A DNA stretch of 63,256 bases, the filler included, from Choristocarpus tenellus KU-1152 (taxonomy: Eukaryota; Protista; Phaeophyceae), in the NCBI GenBank assembly GCA_964200185.2. It is 13 parts of 13 records of this genome, joined end to end, with 100 filler letters (N's around TTAATTAATTAA, not from the genome) between each part and the next. Parts side by side here need not be neighbours in the genome. Positions count along the whole stretch, not along the records: positions 8,541 to 12,316 come from CAXNAD020017984.1; positions 12,417 to 19,681 come from CAXNAD020006437.1; positions 19,782 to 23,498 come from CAXNAD020018327.1; positions 23,599 to 26,260 come from CAXNAD020025859.1; 9 more parts are not named here. One strand, given 5' to 3'. Below are positions 11,770 through 24,317 of this stretch, in pieces. The stretch's first letter is position 1. Every line of letters starts with the position of its first letter. The notes beneath the pieces are model-generated. The model saw nothing but the letters and a program-made list of their open reading frames with translations. It searched no databases and was not told the DNA's origin. A program made the translations under genes and the position numbers.

Positions 11770-14348
11770 GTAAGCATGGTAGCACGAATTTGAGCCTTGG
11801 TTAGGATTTAATATTGGGTGGAGTTGGAGTGTTGAATGCCTATAATAATAGCGATAGGTTTTAGATATCGTTTCCTCTGAAAGAGACACAAAATCATGAC
11901 TTGATTACTTTGCAAAATATGGTCACCTTTCAAAGTTGTTATGGAAGAGGCCATGGAGTTTCCATTTTCATAGTGTTCATCTTGGCAATGAAACAACCCT
12001 CTCTCTACTCTCGTTTGAATGTTTGCCAATGCAATCACCTAGATTTACTGTTGTAGCAAAGAGACGAAAAACCGTGAGCAGAGGCAACCGTATCAAGCTC
12101 GCTCGTGTAGTACATGGGCATTGAAGTTATTGATAGTTACACAACATCTTACAAGGTGGAATTAATCCTCGGCTTTTTTTATTTTGTTCTCAAAGCTTGA
12201 AACTATGCACAAGGACAGTGAAAGTTCAAATGTGCTTTTGTAGGTGTTTGATTGGTGGCATACCTCATTGAAGTGGGGGGGGGTGGGGGTGAGGAGTACA
12301 ACCAAATCGTCAATAANNNNNNNNNNNNNNNNNNNNNNNNNNNNNNNNNNNNNNNNNNNNTTAATTAATTAANNNNNNNNNNNNNNNNNNNNNNNNNNNN
12401 NNNNNNNNNNNNNNNNCCCAACCGCCCCCCCCCACCCAAACCCCCCCCCCCCCCCCCCCCCCAGATACTTTGACCCAGACAGACAGATAGACGGATGTAT
12501 GGACAGGAATATCTTGGATTTTCACAATAGGTGTATGATAGGGAACCAAAAGATTGTAAGGACCCCTATCAAGGAAAATTAACCATACCAGACAACGTGG
12601 AGAAGATGAAGCACCACCACCTAAAGAATAAAGAATAAAGAATACTGCAGTGTTCGCAACAAGAACGGTAAGAGGACTATGCTATGTATGTACTACATTG
12701 TATAATAAACTAATTAGAGACATAGTAGTTCTACCCAACTATTTACAGCATTTCAAGCATTCAAGCATTAAAAGTGTATGTAAAGCAAAAAACCCCAACA
12801 ACAACACAATAAACGACTCCAAGACTGACGTGATGTTACATGACTATTATAGTAGTTTCTTAAGTTCAGATTTCGACACCACAACTTGACTCCAAAATAG
12901 TAATAAGTTCCCTGGCGCACAAAGATCCAACGGAGTTGTACCACGCTCCCTCCTCTCCTCCCTTGTTTCTCTCTAATGTGCAAAACCCTTGAGGGGTCTA
13001 GCCCCTCCCCAGACGCCCTTGTTCTTTCTTAGTATTTTTACTTCAGCAGCTCTTACCTTCAGCAAAACAGGACACAAATTGGTTCGTCTTTTTTTTGTCT
13101 TTTTTTTGTCTTTTTTTTGTCTTTTAGTCCGTATTCATTCGATTCGACTGAGAAAAATCCACTAGTTTTGAACCAATCAGCCACACGCAGATTCAGATTC
13201 AGACCCCTTCCTCAGAGTGGCGTGCAGGTTTTTGTGCAGAGTAAAAAACACAAACAACAAAACACAAACAACAAAAAGTAGATTGAAAGTACGTCGGAGT
13301 GTTGGGAGTATGAATTCTCGGTATAAACTGACAATAATTCAAGCGCGTGTACCCTAACGGTGAGCAACTCCGAGCATGACACAAAAAGGTACAACTGCCA
13401 CAAATAAGGAACATCAAACTCAACAAAATACACTACACTTTCAATGTACCAAACAAACAATGGTGTGCAGGATCCTGTAAGATGTATCCCCTGAGACCCA
13501 TCTCCCTTTTGCAGTCCATAAGCCAGCATCATGCAGCTATCCAAGAGAGGTCAATTTTGAAACGCCTTCCTCATTCGTGGCACTTACGCTGCATCCATTA
13601 TCTGCTACCTGTTCGTTGTCTAGAAGGTTAACCTTACTTGATTTTGGTGAGCAAAATGCCTGGCCCCCTAAGCTTCCGTGACTTGTCAGTAGTGACAAAA
13701 AATAAAATATTACGCCAGGGAGGACATGTCGAGTTTTCACAGTCTTGTGGACCAGCACAGAAAATGTCAAAAAAAAACTTAAAAGGACGTAAATATATAT
13801 ATATATATATATATATATCTGCACACTCATATCCACATTAGACTAAACACACACTGACCACTCTATGTAATAGAAAAAAGACACACACACACACACACAC
13901 ACGATAAATAACGCAATGCACAAATGTATATAAAATAAAATAAAAACCGCGATACTTACACACATTAGCTGAAAATATCTTTCTTTCTTTCTTTCTTACT
14001 GTTCCTTTTCAGAGAGCAACCAGAGAACTAACTCAGCACGTAACACCTGGCAGCCCAGGGCAAAGAACTCAACTGGCAACAGAGGCACAAGCAGGTCACA
14101 CGCTTCCTCCTATTCAATCAATTACCCAAACACTAATCAACTTGTTGTCATGCAGGACCTCTAGATATTCTAAAGTCAAGGCATCTCAAGGCCGTTTGCT
14201 GCGATCTCTAGAGTAGGCCCTCAGGTTCCTGTCCTGACAACATGTATTACACCGTCAGAATAGGTCATGAGATTGTGCGCCATCCCCCCTTCCCTGCCTT
14301 CCCCTCACCTCGCTTCCATGGCCTTCCCAAGCTATCGTCTGGATTTCC

Positions 14349-16709
14349 CTATCCCACCTCTACCTTGGGAGCGAAGGCCACCACAAGGGGTTTCCCATCA
14401 GCAGATAGGCGTGGCCTCTTTGACCTTAATGGGCTCGACAGAGCAGACACTAGCAAAGCCTCTTCAGGATCACAGTGGAAAGGCGCACTTCCTGTTGACC
14501 TTGCCTTTGCCACTCCTCCTGCCTCATCCCCTTCATCTCCACAAGCTTTTTCACTCCCCCTGCCTTCTTGCCTTTGTCGCTGTAGTGAGGTAGGAGAACT
14601 AGCAAAGGGCTTCGTTCTGGCCTGGTGGGGCTTGGATGCATCCGCTGGATTGGGGAATGGAGGGCCTGTGTTGAGGGACCCCCCATCCCTCGAGGGGGGG
14701 GTCTTTCCCAATTTGTTCTGGGCTGAAGGGAGTAAGCGCTCCTCTGGTGTCATCCATCTTTGAAGAATAGACACACGGGTAGGAAAGGACAGATGCAAGA
14801 TTGATGGTGGGATGTGGGTGTACGTGATTTCGTTACAGGGGTGGGGGTATTGCTGCAAACTGTGCTCTTTATGAGTGCTGGCACAAGTATAAAACACCAA
14901 GTGACAGTTTCATGTGCAGTTTTGTACAGCCAGTAGGGATACACCGATGAGGAGTACAGATTGGTTGTATCGTTTATCATCAGGAATGCTGCATCACCAT
15001 CGGGTACGTGGGTACAGCTAATGGCACACTTCTTCTTGGTCCGTTCTGATGAAAAGGCGGTAAATCTACATAGGAATGTGCTGAAATTCATAATGGCACA
15101 CAAAAACGATCTCCACATGACCTCCACCGCCACGACTGACTGGATACATCGACATGGAGTTTTGGACCAGATGGTCCAAATTGCAATCCTTCATTTTTTC
15201 GATGACTGCAAGATCACAAAAGTATTTTTCAAAGCAGCATGAGAACGACAGACCGGAGAGGCTATTGAGGGCACAGGTCGGTCCGGGTACTTGGCAATAC
15301 AAAAGGGGAGCTGAGGAATGGGTAGAGCAAGGGAATGCTCAGGACATGAAACAGTCAGGCCAAAATTGACATCGCCACAATGGTGGCTGTATCATAGCAT
15401 CTACCAAGACGGTGCCTCATGTGGTAGATGTGGGTCTAGATCCCACAATAATAACAGCTGTACATTTCAGGGAGCATGTTTTCATTGCAGAAAAAGGGTG
15501 ACCTGGTGTCCATGTACCGCTAGAAGGGGGCAACCCCCCACATGCAGGCAGTTGCCCAACGTGGAGTTGGAGGTCACAAGCTTAACCGACCCTCAGCTGG
15601 AGGAAGTATGCTTCACCAAAAATGATTGAGGGGACAGGAGATTCAAGTTTTCTCTGGATGTTGCGGCCAAGACTGAATAGGTGGGAGTGGTTGGGTATGA
15701 GAAATGGTGTTGTGATTCAGGAGCTACACCAACGATGAGTCATGATTCCACTTTTATCTTTAACTTCACCCCTAGCAGTGACAGGAGGAGTATAGTTCTT
15801 GCTAGCGGAACTCACACACCGATCAATGCATTCACCCGGAGCTATCAATATTTTCAGATCAAGTAAACTGCAACCCTAGTTCAGTTCGGGAACACGAAAT
15901 GTGAGCCTTCAAGTTACACAACCACTAATACAACAAACAGTCTATTCTTCCAGCAAGAGTCATACTCCTACTGTTACTGTCAGTAGGATCATGAGCAATT
16001 GTCAGTGTGGCTCCTGAACCACAACACCATTCTCCAAGCTTAGCATTTAGCTCCTCAAGCGTCAACATGGGGAAAAAGAAGATAAGGATAATGTTACAAC
16101 CATTGGACCACACGGTTGAGTGTACTCTTGATCTTGATTTCTTCGCCTCTGAATGACTCGAGGTAACTCTTTTAGCATGGTTCTTTCACACGGTCTGTCG
16201 GCGGCCTTACACTCCCCAGTTGGTCTCAGGAGTGCAACTCCAAAAATCGATTTGGTAGACATGTGACACGCGCACAGGGTGAGTCTCCAGCCTCCACAAT
16301 GGTATATCACGTAAGTGATGCATCCTTAACGCTACGGTGCCAGTTTCTCCGCGTATGAAGGCGGACACGTGCAGCTCTCCAACCTTACAGCTTCCCAACC
16401 ATGCTCCCTTCACATCAAAACACTAGAGGTTTGCTAGGAAACGTTCAGGACAGGTGCTAGAAGCAAGGTACTCAGTTCTCACCTGTAGTAAGCCTTGCCT
16501 GACACTTCTATTCTCTCCAACCCCAGGTTCGCCTTGTCCCTCTTACGACGCATGTACTCCGAGAACTCCTCCCACTCGATCGCTGCCCCTCCCCCAGAAT
16601 GAATATACTGAAGGGCATCCTCCTTACTTACCCACACGCCGTTGCAGGGTCCATTTGTCATTGTGTTGAAAAACTGATCCCAGATATTCTTCCTTCTCTC
16701 CGGCGTCAT
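14349..16709 (-). CDS. Hypothetical protein (putative two-exon model)
   Basis: Exon 16709-16483 (MTPERRKNIWDQFF...GKAYY AG|gtgaga) can join exon 14757-14349 (ag|A TGG ATG...KVEVG*) in phase. An alternative short terminal exon near 16384 is also possible. Confidence 0.45.
14930..15870 (+). mobile_element. Degenerate Ty1/copia gag-protease relic
   Basis: Gag-like stretch, then tandem zinc-knuckle remnants (CGRCGSRSHNNNSC, CFHC), then copia protease motif WCCDSGATPTMSHD. Broken by stops and frameshifts. Confidence 0.75.
15930..16060 (-). mobile_element. Second, inverted copia protease fragment
   Basis: EWCCGSGATLTIAHD...SRSMTLAG; DNA similar to 15700-15810 in the opposite orientation. Confidence 0.65.
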
Positions 16710-17234
16710 TTTAGGACGCCCACCCTTTCAAGGGGTGGACTATTGAGGAACAAGTCGTCGGGTGGTGGTTGTAGAAATGAGCAAAAACTAGACAAAAGTC
16801 ACTTGTAGTATGGATTAAAAAAATGTGGGGAAGTACACGAAGTGCACCCACCTTCCTTCTGGAAAGAGTACTTGCAGGGCTCATTTCCCATTCCTGCAGA
16901 CCGTAGAGTCCCACCCTTCTTTCATGACCTACACGTACTACACAAGTAGTTGAGGGGACGTCAAAAAAATACTATGAATATGGCGTTGACAAGGACGATT
17001 GGGAGTGTACTCGAAATACGCACGATCAAAGCGTTTTTGAACTTAATTTGTTTGAACGGACCACCTCAACTCTGGTTTGTTTATTTGTTTGACCGCAGAA
17101 CCACACATACGTAACTCATAACCGATGACAAATTGTGCTGATAATAACGGTGACGGTGTCCGCGTTACTGCTCATCTACCTAACCAGAATCACTGGTAGT
17201 CGTAGTGCTGAAGTTTTCCATTCCAGGAAGGAAT

Positions 17235-19531
17235 ATGGGGGGAACGGGAGATGCTATCATAGCCGTGTTCGCGTGCCTTTTGGGTGGGGTCTGGAACTCG
17301 ACTTGGTGAGCGTCAGTCCATCTGATCCTCTTATCTTTCGGCCAGGTGGAGTGTCTATGAATAATGTAGTCTGAATCACTCGTAACAATCCTCCCTCCTT
17401 ATTCCCATGGAGAACTGTCGATATGTCCCCTCGCTGCATGTTTGGCACCTACCCTAGTGTATAAGCGTGTTGGACGATCCTGGTGTTGAGGAGATGGAGT
17501 GTCACGTCGCTCAAACCCCTCGTACATCGAATGCTGTTCCAACTCAGGCCACTGTTCTCCAAATTCGAGTCGCCCAAGCTCATCCGTGCCGTATCTCCAG
17601 GTGGTTGGGAATGGTGAGGTGATACGATTTGTCTGTTTCCTGCCTGTGTATCTTGGCTTGCACCATTGTTCGCTATTATCTATGTGGCTGTTATTGGGAC
17701 GTTTCAATGTGCCCAGTTTACCAGTTAGCGAAAGGTTGGACATGGTGAGAAATTTCCATGCAATCCTTGGAAGCTTGTGTTAATCAAAATTTATCTGGGC
17801 TACATCTAGTATGCCATGAACCCCCACGAAACTCAAAGTGTTCTCGCCTATTGGGCTGCACGTATTCTTGCTCAAGACTACTCCTCGCAATTCTCTCCTA
17901 CTCGGTCCGAGAAATTCAGGGAGAACGTATGGTTCCTGTTCTCTCTATGGTATGCTGCCCTCAACATACTCTACTGCATCAGCGCTATTGGGCCGTCCAC
18001 TCTTGACGAGATCTATCGCAGTGCGTCTGGCGGTGATCTCGCGCTCGTTTGCATCTTCAGCTTCCTGTGGGGTAGCGGCACAATGTTCTACTCTATTGGA
18101 GTGGAAATGGTGAATAGACCAGAAACAAACAGAATGTGCATAACCGAATTCTAGGTCCTCTGTCCGACCCCCTCGCAACTTGCCACCGCCACTAAACTGC
18201 AATTCATTTTCATGTTTGGAATACATTTTTGTGTGTGTCAGATCTTCAACACTTGGAGAGTTGCTATTACTGCTTGATATGTATGCTTCTTATACACTAC
18301 AATGGCGTTGTAATGTGTAGGGTAATGTTTAGACGAAGGTGAACATTCTCCATGAAAAGTAGTTTACCGCTGCATTTGAATATGTGGTGAAAGATGGCTC
18401 TGGATTCAACATCGACTCTGAAAAGGAAACTGGTAAGAAAGGATTTGCCTGCTCCTTCCAAAATGGAATCCCCTAACCCTACACCCTACACCCTCCACAG
18501 CCCCATTCAATTTCACAGACATTATTTAAATGGATGTGGTATTGCGCCTCCTTTTCCTGTAGCATTTTCTGCTTATGCTGCTCCCCTCCCCTCAACTTCC
18601 CTGTTCAGCTGGGTGCTGCCATAGGAATATGCCTCGTCATGAGCCTCCTTGTGGTGATTGGGACTCTCCTACCCTTGATAGAGGACCACCAAGATGATGC
18701 CGGTTCAGCTCCAGCACTCATCACCATAGGTGGCATGGTCCTCGCCATTTCTGGCTTCATTAGTTCAGGTGACCTGATGGGAGGGTGATGTGAGCAATAG
18801 ACTGTGATAAGGAACAAGGTCATCTAGTTGCATGAGAGCCCTAGGTCTAACGGGTGTATGATTGTATGAAGGTGATGGAAAGGGACACGGTAATACCTAC
18901 CATGGGTGTTGGGTTCCTTGAAAGAGTCTCAGCAAATCATGTCTCTTGCACGGAGCGTCCCATCTCTTGGGATTAAGTGTTCCCTACCTCATCATCCAGA
19001 AACAAGCGCACCTCAATTCTTCACCCCTTCCTGAACCTTGCGTCCCCCCCCTCCCCTGGCGATTCCTATCCCGCTGTCGACCCTCACTGTGACATACAAC
19101 AGCTTATTCGTCAAAGATCAAAGAGGAGGCCTTAAAATCCACAGCTGACACGAAAAATGTAGCAGCCCATGATACCGAGGGAGGGGTAGCCGTCGTGACC
19201 GTGGCTGACCTAAGGTCCTCTGTTGCCTCAAATGGTGAGGGGGGAGGGGGGGGGGACGGACAAGCGTACGGCGAAGCACAAGGAGTCAAGGGAGCCGACC
19301 AACATGTCTCCAATGGTCAAAAGGGGGAATCAGCCAGAGGCAAGGACGGTAAAGTGGAGATGGTGAAGGGGGCGACTGGCAAGGTTGGGGTGAGGGCAGG
19401 GGCAGGGGGAGAAGGTGGGCGAGGAGGAAGAGGAGGAGGAGTTCCTGGCCGTCATAGTTATGGTGTGGGGGTGGCGGTGTGCATTGCCGGGGCGGTAATG
19501 TCGTCCATGCTTCAGTTTGCTTTTGTCTACG
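17235..19531 (+). CDS. RhaT-family (L-rhamnose/H+ symporter-like, DMT superfamily) transporter, first five exons
   Basis: Exons 17235-17305, 17548-17613, 17920-18109, 18609-18768 and 19103-19531 join in phase: MGGTGDAIIAVFACLLGGVWNSTWPLFSK...GGWEWENVWFLFS...FLWGSGTMFYSIGVEMLGAAIGICLVMSLLVVIGTLLP...GVAVCIAGAVMSSMLQFAFVYG. This matches the RhaT WxWE, WGxG and LGxxxG...GTLxP motifs. Confidence 0.85.
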
Positions 19532-19611
19532 GTGAGAGATGTTTGCTACATTAGAAACACTACCGTCCAAAAATGGGATGTTTGCTACATCTCAGTGTTT
19601 CTTTTTTTCTT

Positions 19612-19647
<36 letters not shown>

Positions 19648-19781
19648 TTCTCTTCCCACGGGCGGGCCGGTGGGGGAGGTGNNNNNNNNNNNNNNNNNNN
19701 NNNNNNNNNNNNNNNNNNNNNNNNNTTAATTAATTAANNNNNNNNNNNNNNNNNNNNNNNNNNNNNNNNNNNNNNNNNNNN

Positions 19782-19845
19782 GTTTTCCCCTGACACATCT
19801 GCAAAATGTCAGAGGGCATAATAATATAACATATATATAGATATG
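19782..19845. repeat. Short dispersed repeat family C
   Basis: CCCTGACACATCTGCAAAATGTCAGAGGGCATAATAATA; other copies at ~20105-20160 (diverged), 39065-39150, 62908-63000 and 63075-63172. Confidence 0.85.
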
Positions 19846-22800
19846 TGTATATAAAATGTCCGAGTATTGTAAGTGAGACAATCGCAGTTATTGCTGCTTC
19901 TTATTAAATATGTTTCAAATATATAACGTCCACCACCATAGATACACCACAAAAAGTTTTTACCTACCTCTAGTATTTTTATCTCATCACAAGTAGTTGA
20001 AGGACCGGTAGGGTATATTGTGTAGTGGTTCATGTATTTATATTTTATTATTTTGCATTTTATACATCTAGTGTGAGAGTCATCTTTCACAGAAAGTATA
20101 TATGTCTTCATCTTTTTCTTCTGACGTATCTACAATATGTCAAAGGGCATAGTATAATAGTAAAAATACATGCATTACTGTACAGTCACACATTATAGAA
20201 GTTAGGTCAACTCCTGTAGACCCAAAAACGAACAAATAAACTTGTTAGTCAGTACCAACGAGGTTTTGGAGGATAACGTTTTACTGTGACGAAGGAGTTG
20301 AAATTGTGCCTGAGCGATGTGATAGGCTGGCGAAGACGTGTGTTGTTTTCCAACCTAGACCCTAAAGTGTATATTCATTCACCAAACACCAATAAACCGG
20401 GGAGATAATATTATTAGTGATTTTGCAATACTTCCTCGACATTGGTCATGAAGATGCGGAGTGCCCCTGGACCGACTTTCAACAGAAGAGTGATGTAGCA
20501 TCAATCTCCACGAGGAGAAGAAAGAGCACTTATTGCCATGAAATCTAAGCAAGTGCTGCTGCTATGATACGCGTTTTTGATCGTGCTCACACACTTTCGT
20601 CTGCCATGTAAAGGAGGGATAAAAATCGTCCCCAGGATCGAAGCCCTGACTTGGACCAGATCCAGGATTCAAAGCGCATCCTTAGGTACGTCAACCGCTA
20701 TCTACCCGGCCAGATCACAAAATCTCTCCACTGAACCTCGCCAGGGCACTAAGCCGCAACTTGGCAACGACGTGGCCATGGCACTAGGTTAAGCTTTTTA
20801 AGGAGCTAGCGTTGTTCACCATTCCCATTCATTACGTTTGCTTTACCTCCGGTCACTACCTACACAGTACGGAACGGTAGTATTTTGTCGAGGTCGATTG
20901 GCAGAGGCAAACGTCGAGCTCTATCTTCAGCAAGAACTCGCCCATACACTGTGGGAAACGACGATTCCGATAAGTTGATCGTTTTCCTATCATGATCTCT
21001 TCATGGTTTCTCTTCCACTGTTCGTGCATGTTCCTCTTTTACTTGCATCCCCATCCACGACCTCGTCTCCTTTTGAGTTGCAGAGCACCAGGGCAAAGTA
21101 TTGCTATATTTCATGTGGATAGTAAAGTGCTTTATCCTGTTGGTCCACGTCAATATGTGAGGAAAACTTTATATCGTCAACCCTACCAATATGCATGCGT
21201 GACCCACCAACATAGCTTCACAGTTAGCCCCACCTGATATCTGATCTGCTAGTAGTGCCTCGTTATTTTCTTTGTCCCCACACAGAATCAATACCTCACT
21301 CCCTACTTGGTCACTGTCATCTTGTGTTTTTGCCCACTCCCTAACTTGCTGCGTGCTCGTACGCACAAATATATTTTGATAACTGTTGCCGTCACCGTTC
21401 CTTTTTGAAGGATGCACACGTGAGTGATAGTTTAAGGGCGAGGAAACGTATATTCATTCTTCCTAACATCCCTTCCTCCTGATCTAATCCAATCCTATCT
21501 GGTACTAAGAAGTATAAAACCTTGAATTTCTGGTGAAAGACATCGCGTACGAGATGGGTGCCAAGAGAGGACGAGAATAATGTTAAAAAAACGTCGGGAA
21601 AATCTACTGGCCTGGAGGAGGACAATCCTACGGAGTCTTGCTTTGTGTGGGCTATGCCGACCCTCTTCGTGTCAATCTTGACAACCATGGCAAAGATGGA
21701 TCCTGCAACTCGAAATCAGAATGAACGAGATGGTCGTGGAACAGTTATATCCCACTAACGGTAGAGGATAACACATTATAACTACGCTTCAGGATGGACG
21801 TGGAAATGTTGAGAGACTTCTATTGTCTCTTACCCTCTTCCCTGAAGCATATCCCCTGGTAGGTGGGTCAGTATGTCCCTGCTAGTGGTCTCTAATGGTT
21901 GGCGGATGGAGACTGGTACAACTCGTGGATGGTGTTGCCGTTACATGAAATACATCGCATTCTCTCGTACGGCGGGTTGTACAAGCAATTGTAACCTGTC
22001 CGAATTTGGGCCTGTGTTGGCTCACCAGTGAGGAAGAATTCACACACATCAGGTGGGTATTCACCAGCAACCGACGCGCTTCACTTGGGGCACACGACGG
22101 GATATTGCCTCAGCCTCCAAATAAACTGTAGTGTTAGGTCCTTACAATATTTAGTATTGGGATGTTATCACTCGTACATGTACCCCCATTTGATGAGATT
22201 GTACTTGTCAATGTTGGCCTGTTAGATTGCTATTGCTGCCCCTTGTTCCCAACATCCTAGGCTGATGTTTCCTGTATCATCATCATTAGACTGCCTGGGT
22301 TGAGGATTAATGTGGCCTTGTTCCTCCTGTGACAAGAAATGAGGGGCGTGGCTGAATACCTAGACTTGAAGCTCCAACTGCAACCAACACTACTATATCT
22401 GCTTCCTCGACAGGATCGACATATGATACAGTGACAAGGAGGGAAGCAACTAAATTCCAGCAACAGAACTAAGTAGATGAGCTTCTTCTGACTTGTTTGG
22501 CAGGAGGAGAGGGGAACCTGTGGGTACAATCAACATGATATAGCCATACATCGGATTGCCTCTCGGTGAGTTGCGTTGTGACTGTGGTGCAAGAGGGATT
22601 TGAACCACCAACCTGTATGTAAGAATGTCGTAGTAAAATGAGATAATATTTTTCCCCTTCAAGTAAAGATTATAATCACATTTTGGCACTTTTCAAAAGA
22701 AATAGTTCCGGCAGTAGACCTCTAAACTTGGTATTGTATTAGTAATATTTCAAACAAGGGACGAACAAGTGCTAGCAATTACTGCAGTATCGTGAACAAG

Positions 22801-24081
22801 ACTCAGGTAAGTGCCAAATAGCAGTTTGAAGACAAATATATATATATATATATTTAGTGCTACAGATGGTACAGTCAATCAATCAATTGATTCGAAACCT
22901 CAAGGGTTGACTCTTCCATTTCAGTTTACATCACCTGGTCACTCCATAAATAATAGTTGCTTCCACCAGAAGGGGGGGAGGGCTGCACCTAATACACTAT
23001 CGTCTGACCTGGAAATACTACCACCTGAGGATTGGAACAATAACATGGAAATGCAGAACCTTTTGTCAATTGTTTTGACTTTGTGATCCATGGAAATGCA
23101 AAACTCCCATCTATAGGTGGTATTCCCGACTTCCAGTTTTTTCTTATTTTTTGACAGTATTCAGCATTCATGATTCCAATGTTCACACTCTTGACTCACT
23201 GGCTTCAACCCTCCGAAAAGTTCTACTTCTATGTCATAGAGGCGTGGATTAGAAAAACTCTTAATTATTCCCAACAAAAGTGAGAAGAGCAAGAAGAAAA
23301 ATGCGTACATTTGGTAGCAAGCACCTGGCTGATGTTGCTGTAGAGAGAGGAATATGATGAACCATGTGCTGTAAGTACACACATAAAATAGTGGGCAGTC
23401 AGCTTTGCCCCCTAGTACAGTACGTACTACTACCTGTGGAGAGTACAGTAGAAAGGCAGGTTCAAAGTATCTGGGGGGGGGGGTGGCTGTCTATTTAGNN
23501 NNNNNNNNNNNNNNNNNNNNNNNNNNNNNNNNNNNNNNNNNNTTAATTAATTAANNNNNNNNNNNNNNNNNNNNNNNNNNNNNNNNNNNNNNNNNNNNCC
23601 CTTTACTTTTTCCTTTTGTTTATTCCCTCTTTTCTTCCTCTTGCTTTTATTGTTGCGCCTTTTTTTTTTGCCCCTTCCCCCCCCCCCCCCCATGGTAATG
23701 AGAAAGTAGTTGATTCCCTCTTGTGGAGTTGAGTTGTTTGAAATTGTTGTTTGGATTGAATCTAGATTTGTCTAGAGCCATGTAACTGTGCCTGCGTGAA
23801 TGATGCAAACTCTCTAAACTTATTCATTGGGGTTCATATATATATATATATATATTTCCCTGTCACGTTTCCCATGATGCACTAAATAGCTTATTAGGTC
23901 ACCCGGCCATGGCAGCCCCTCTCTGCCCCCCTTGAACCCAACGTGCCTAAAGAGCCTGAACCCTCTGGAGGCATGCATTCCACTAGTTGATGCTACTATC
24001 ATCAACACAAAGTATCACCAACCTCCTTACCACATTTACCTGATACATCACCACTGGGGCTATCTTGATACACTACACTAG

Positions 24082-24317
24082 GATGCAGACCGGTCTACTT
24101 CATTGCCCTTCTTGGGTAAGGATTGCTTGGCACCTAATGCTCCAGTCACCTCTGAGGGGGAGGGAACAGATCCTGGTGTTGGTGTTGGTGGTGGTGGTGA
24201 GGATGGAGGGCGAGGGTGGCGTGATAGGAAGGATGGGGGGGGTGCAAGTTGGAGGACATCGGTGACTACGCCTTCAAGGGGTGACCTCGTGGTGTTTGAT
24301 GTTGTGTACAACAGAAG
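24082..24317 (+). CDS. Internal exon, possible cold-shock/OB-fold (CSDE1/Unr-like) protein
   Basis: ctag|DADRSTSLPFLGKDCL...GDLVVFDVVYNR AG|gtgagg; GDxVxFDV resembles a CSD strand. Confidence 0.5.

Noticed and set aside
17601-17613. 13-nt microexon in the RhaT-like gene
   Set aside because: The acceptor at 17547 gives a 66-nt in-phase exon that includes it.
20400-23400. Coding-like stretches in contig 5
   Set aside because: Stops in all frames and no recognisable domain or consistent exon chain.
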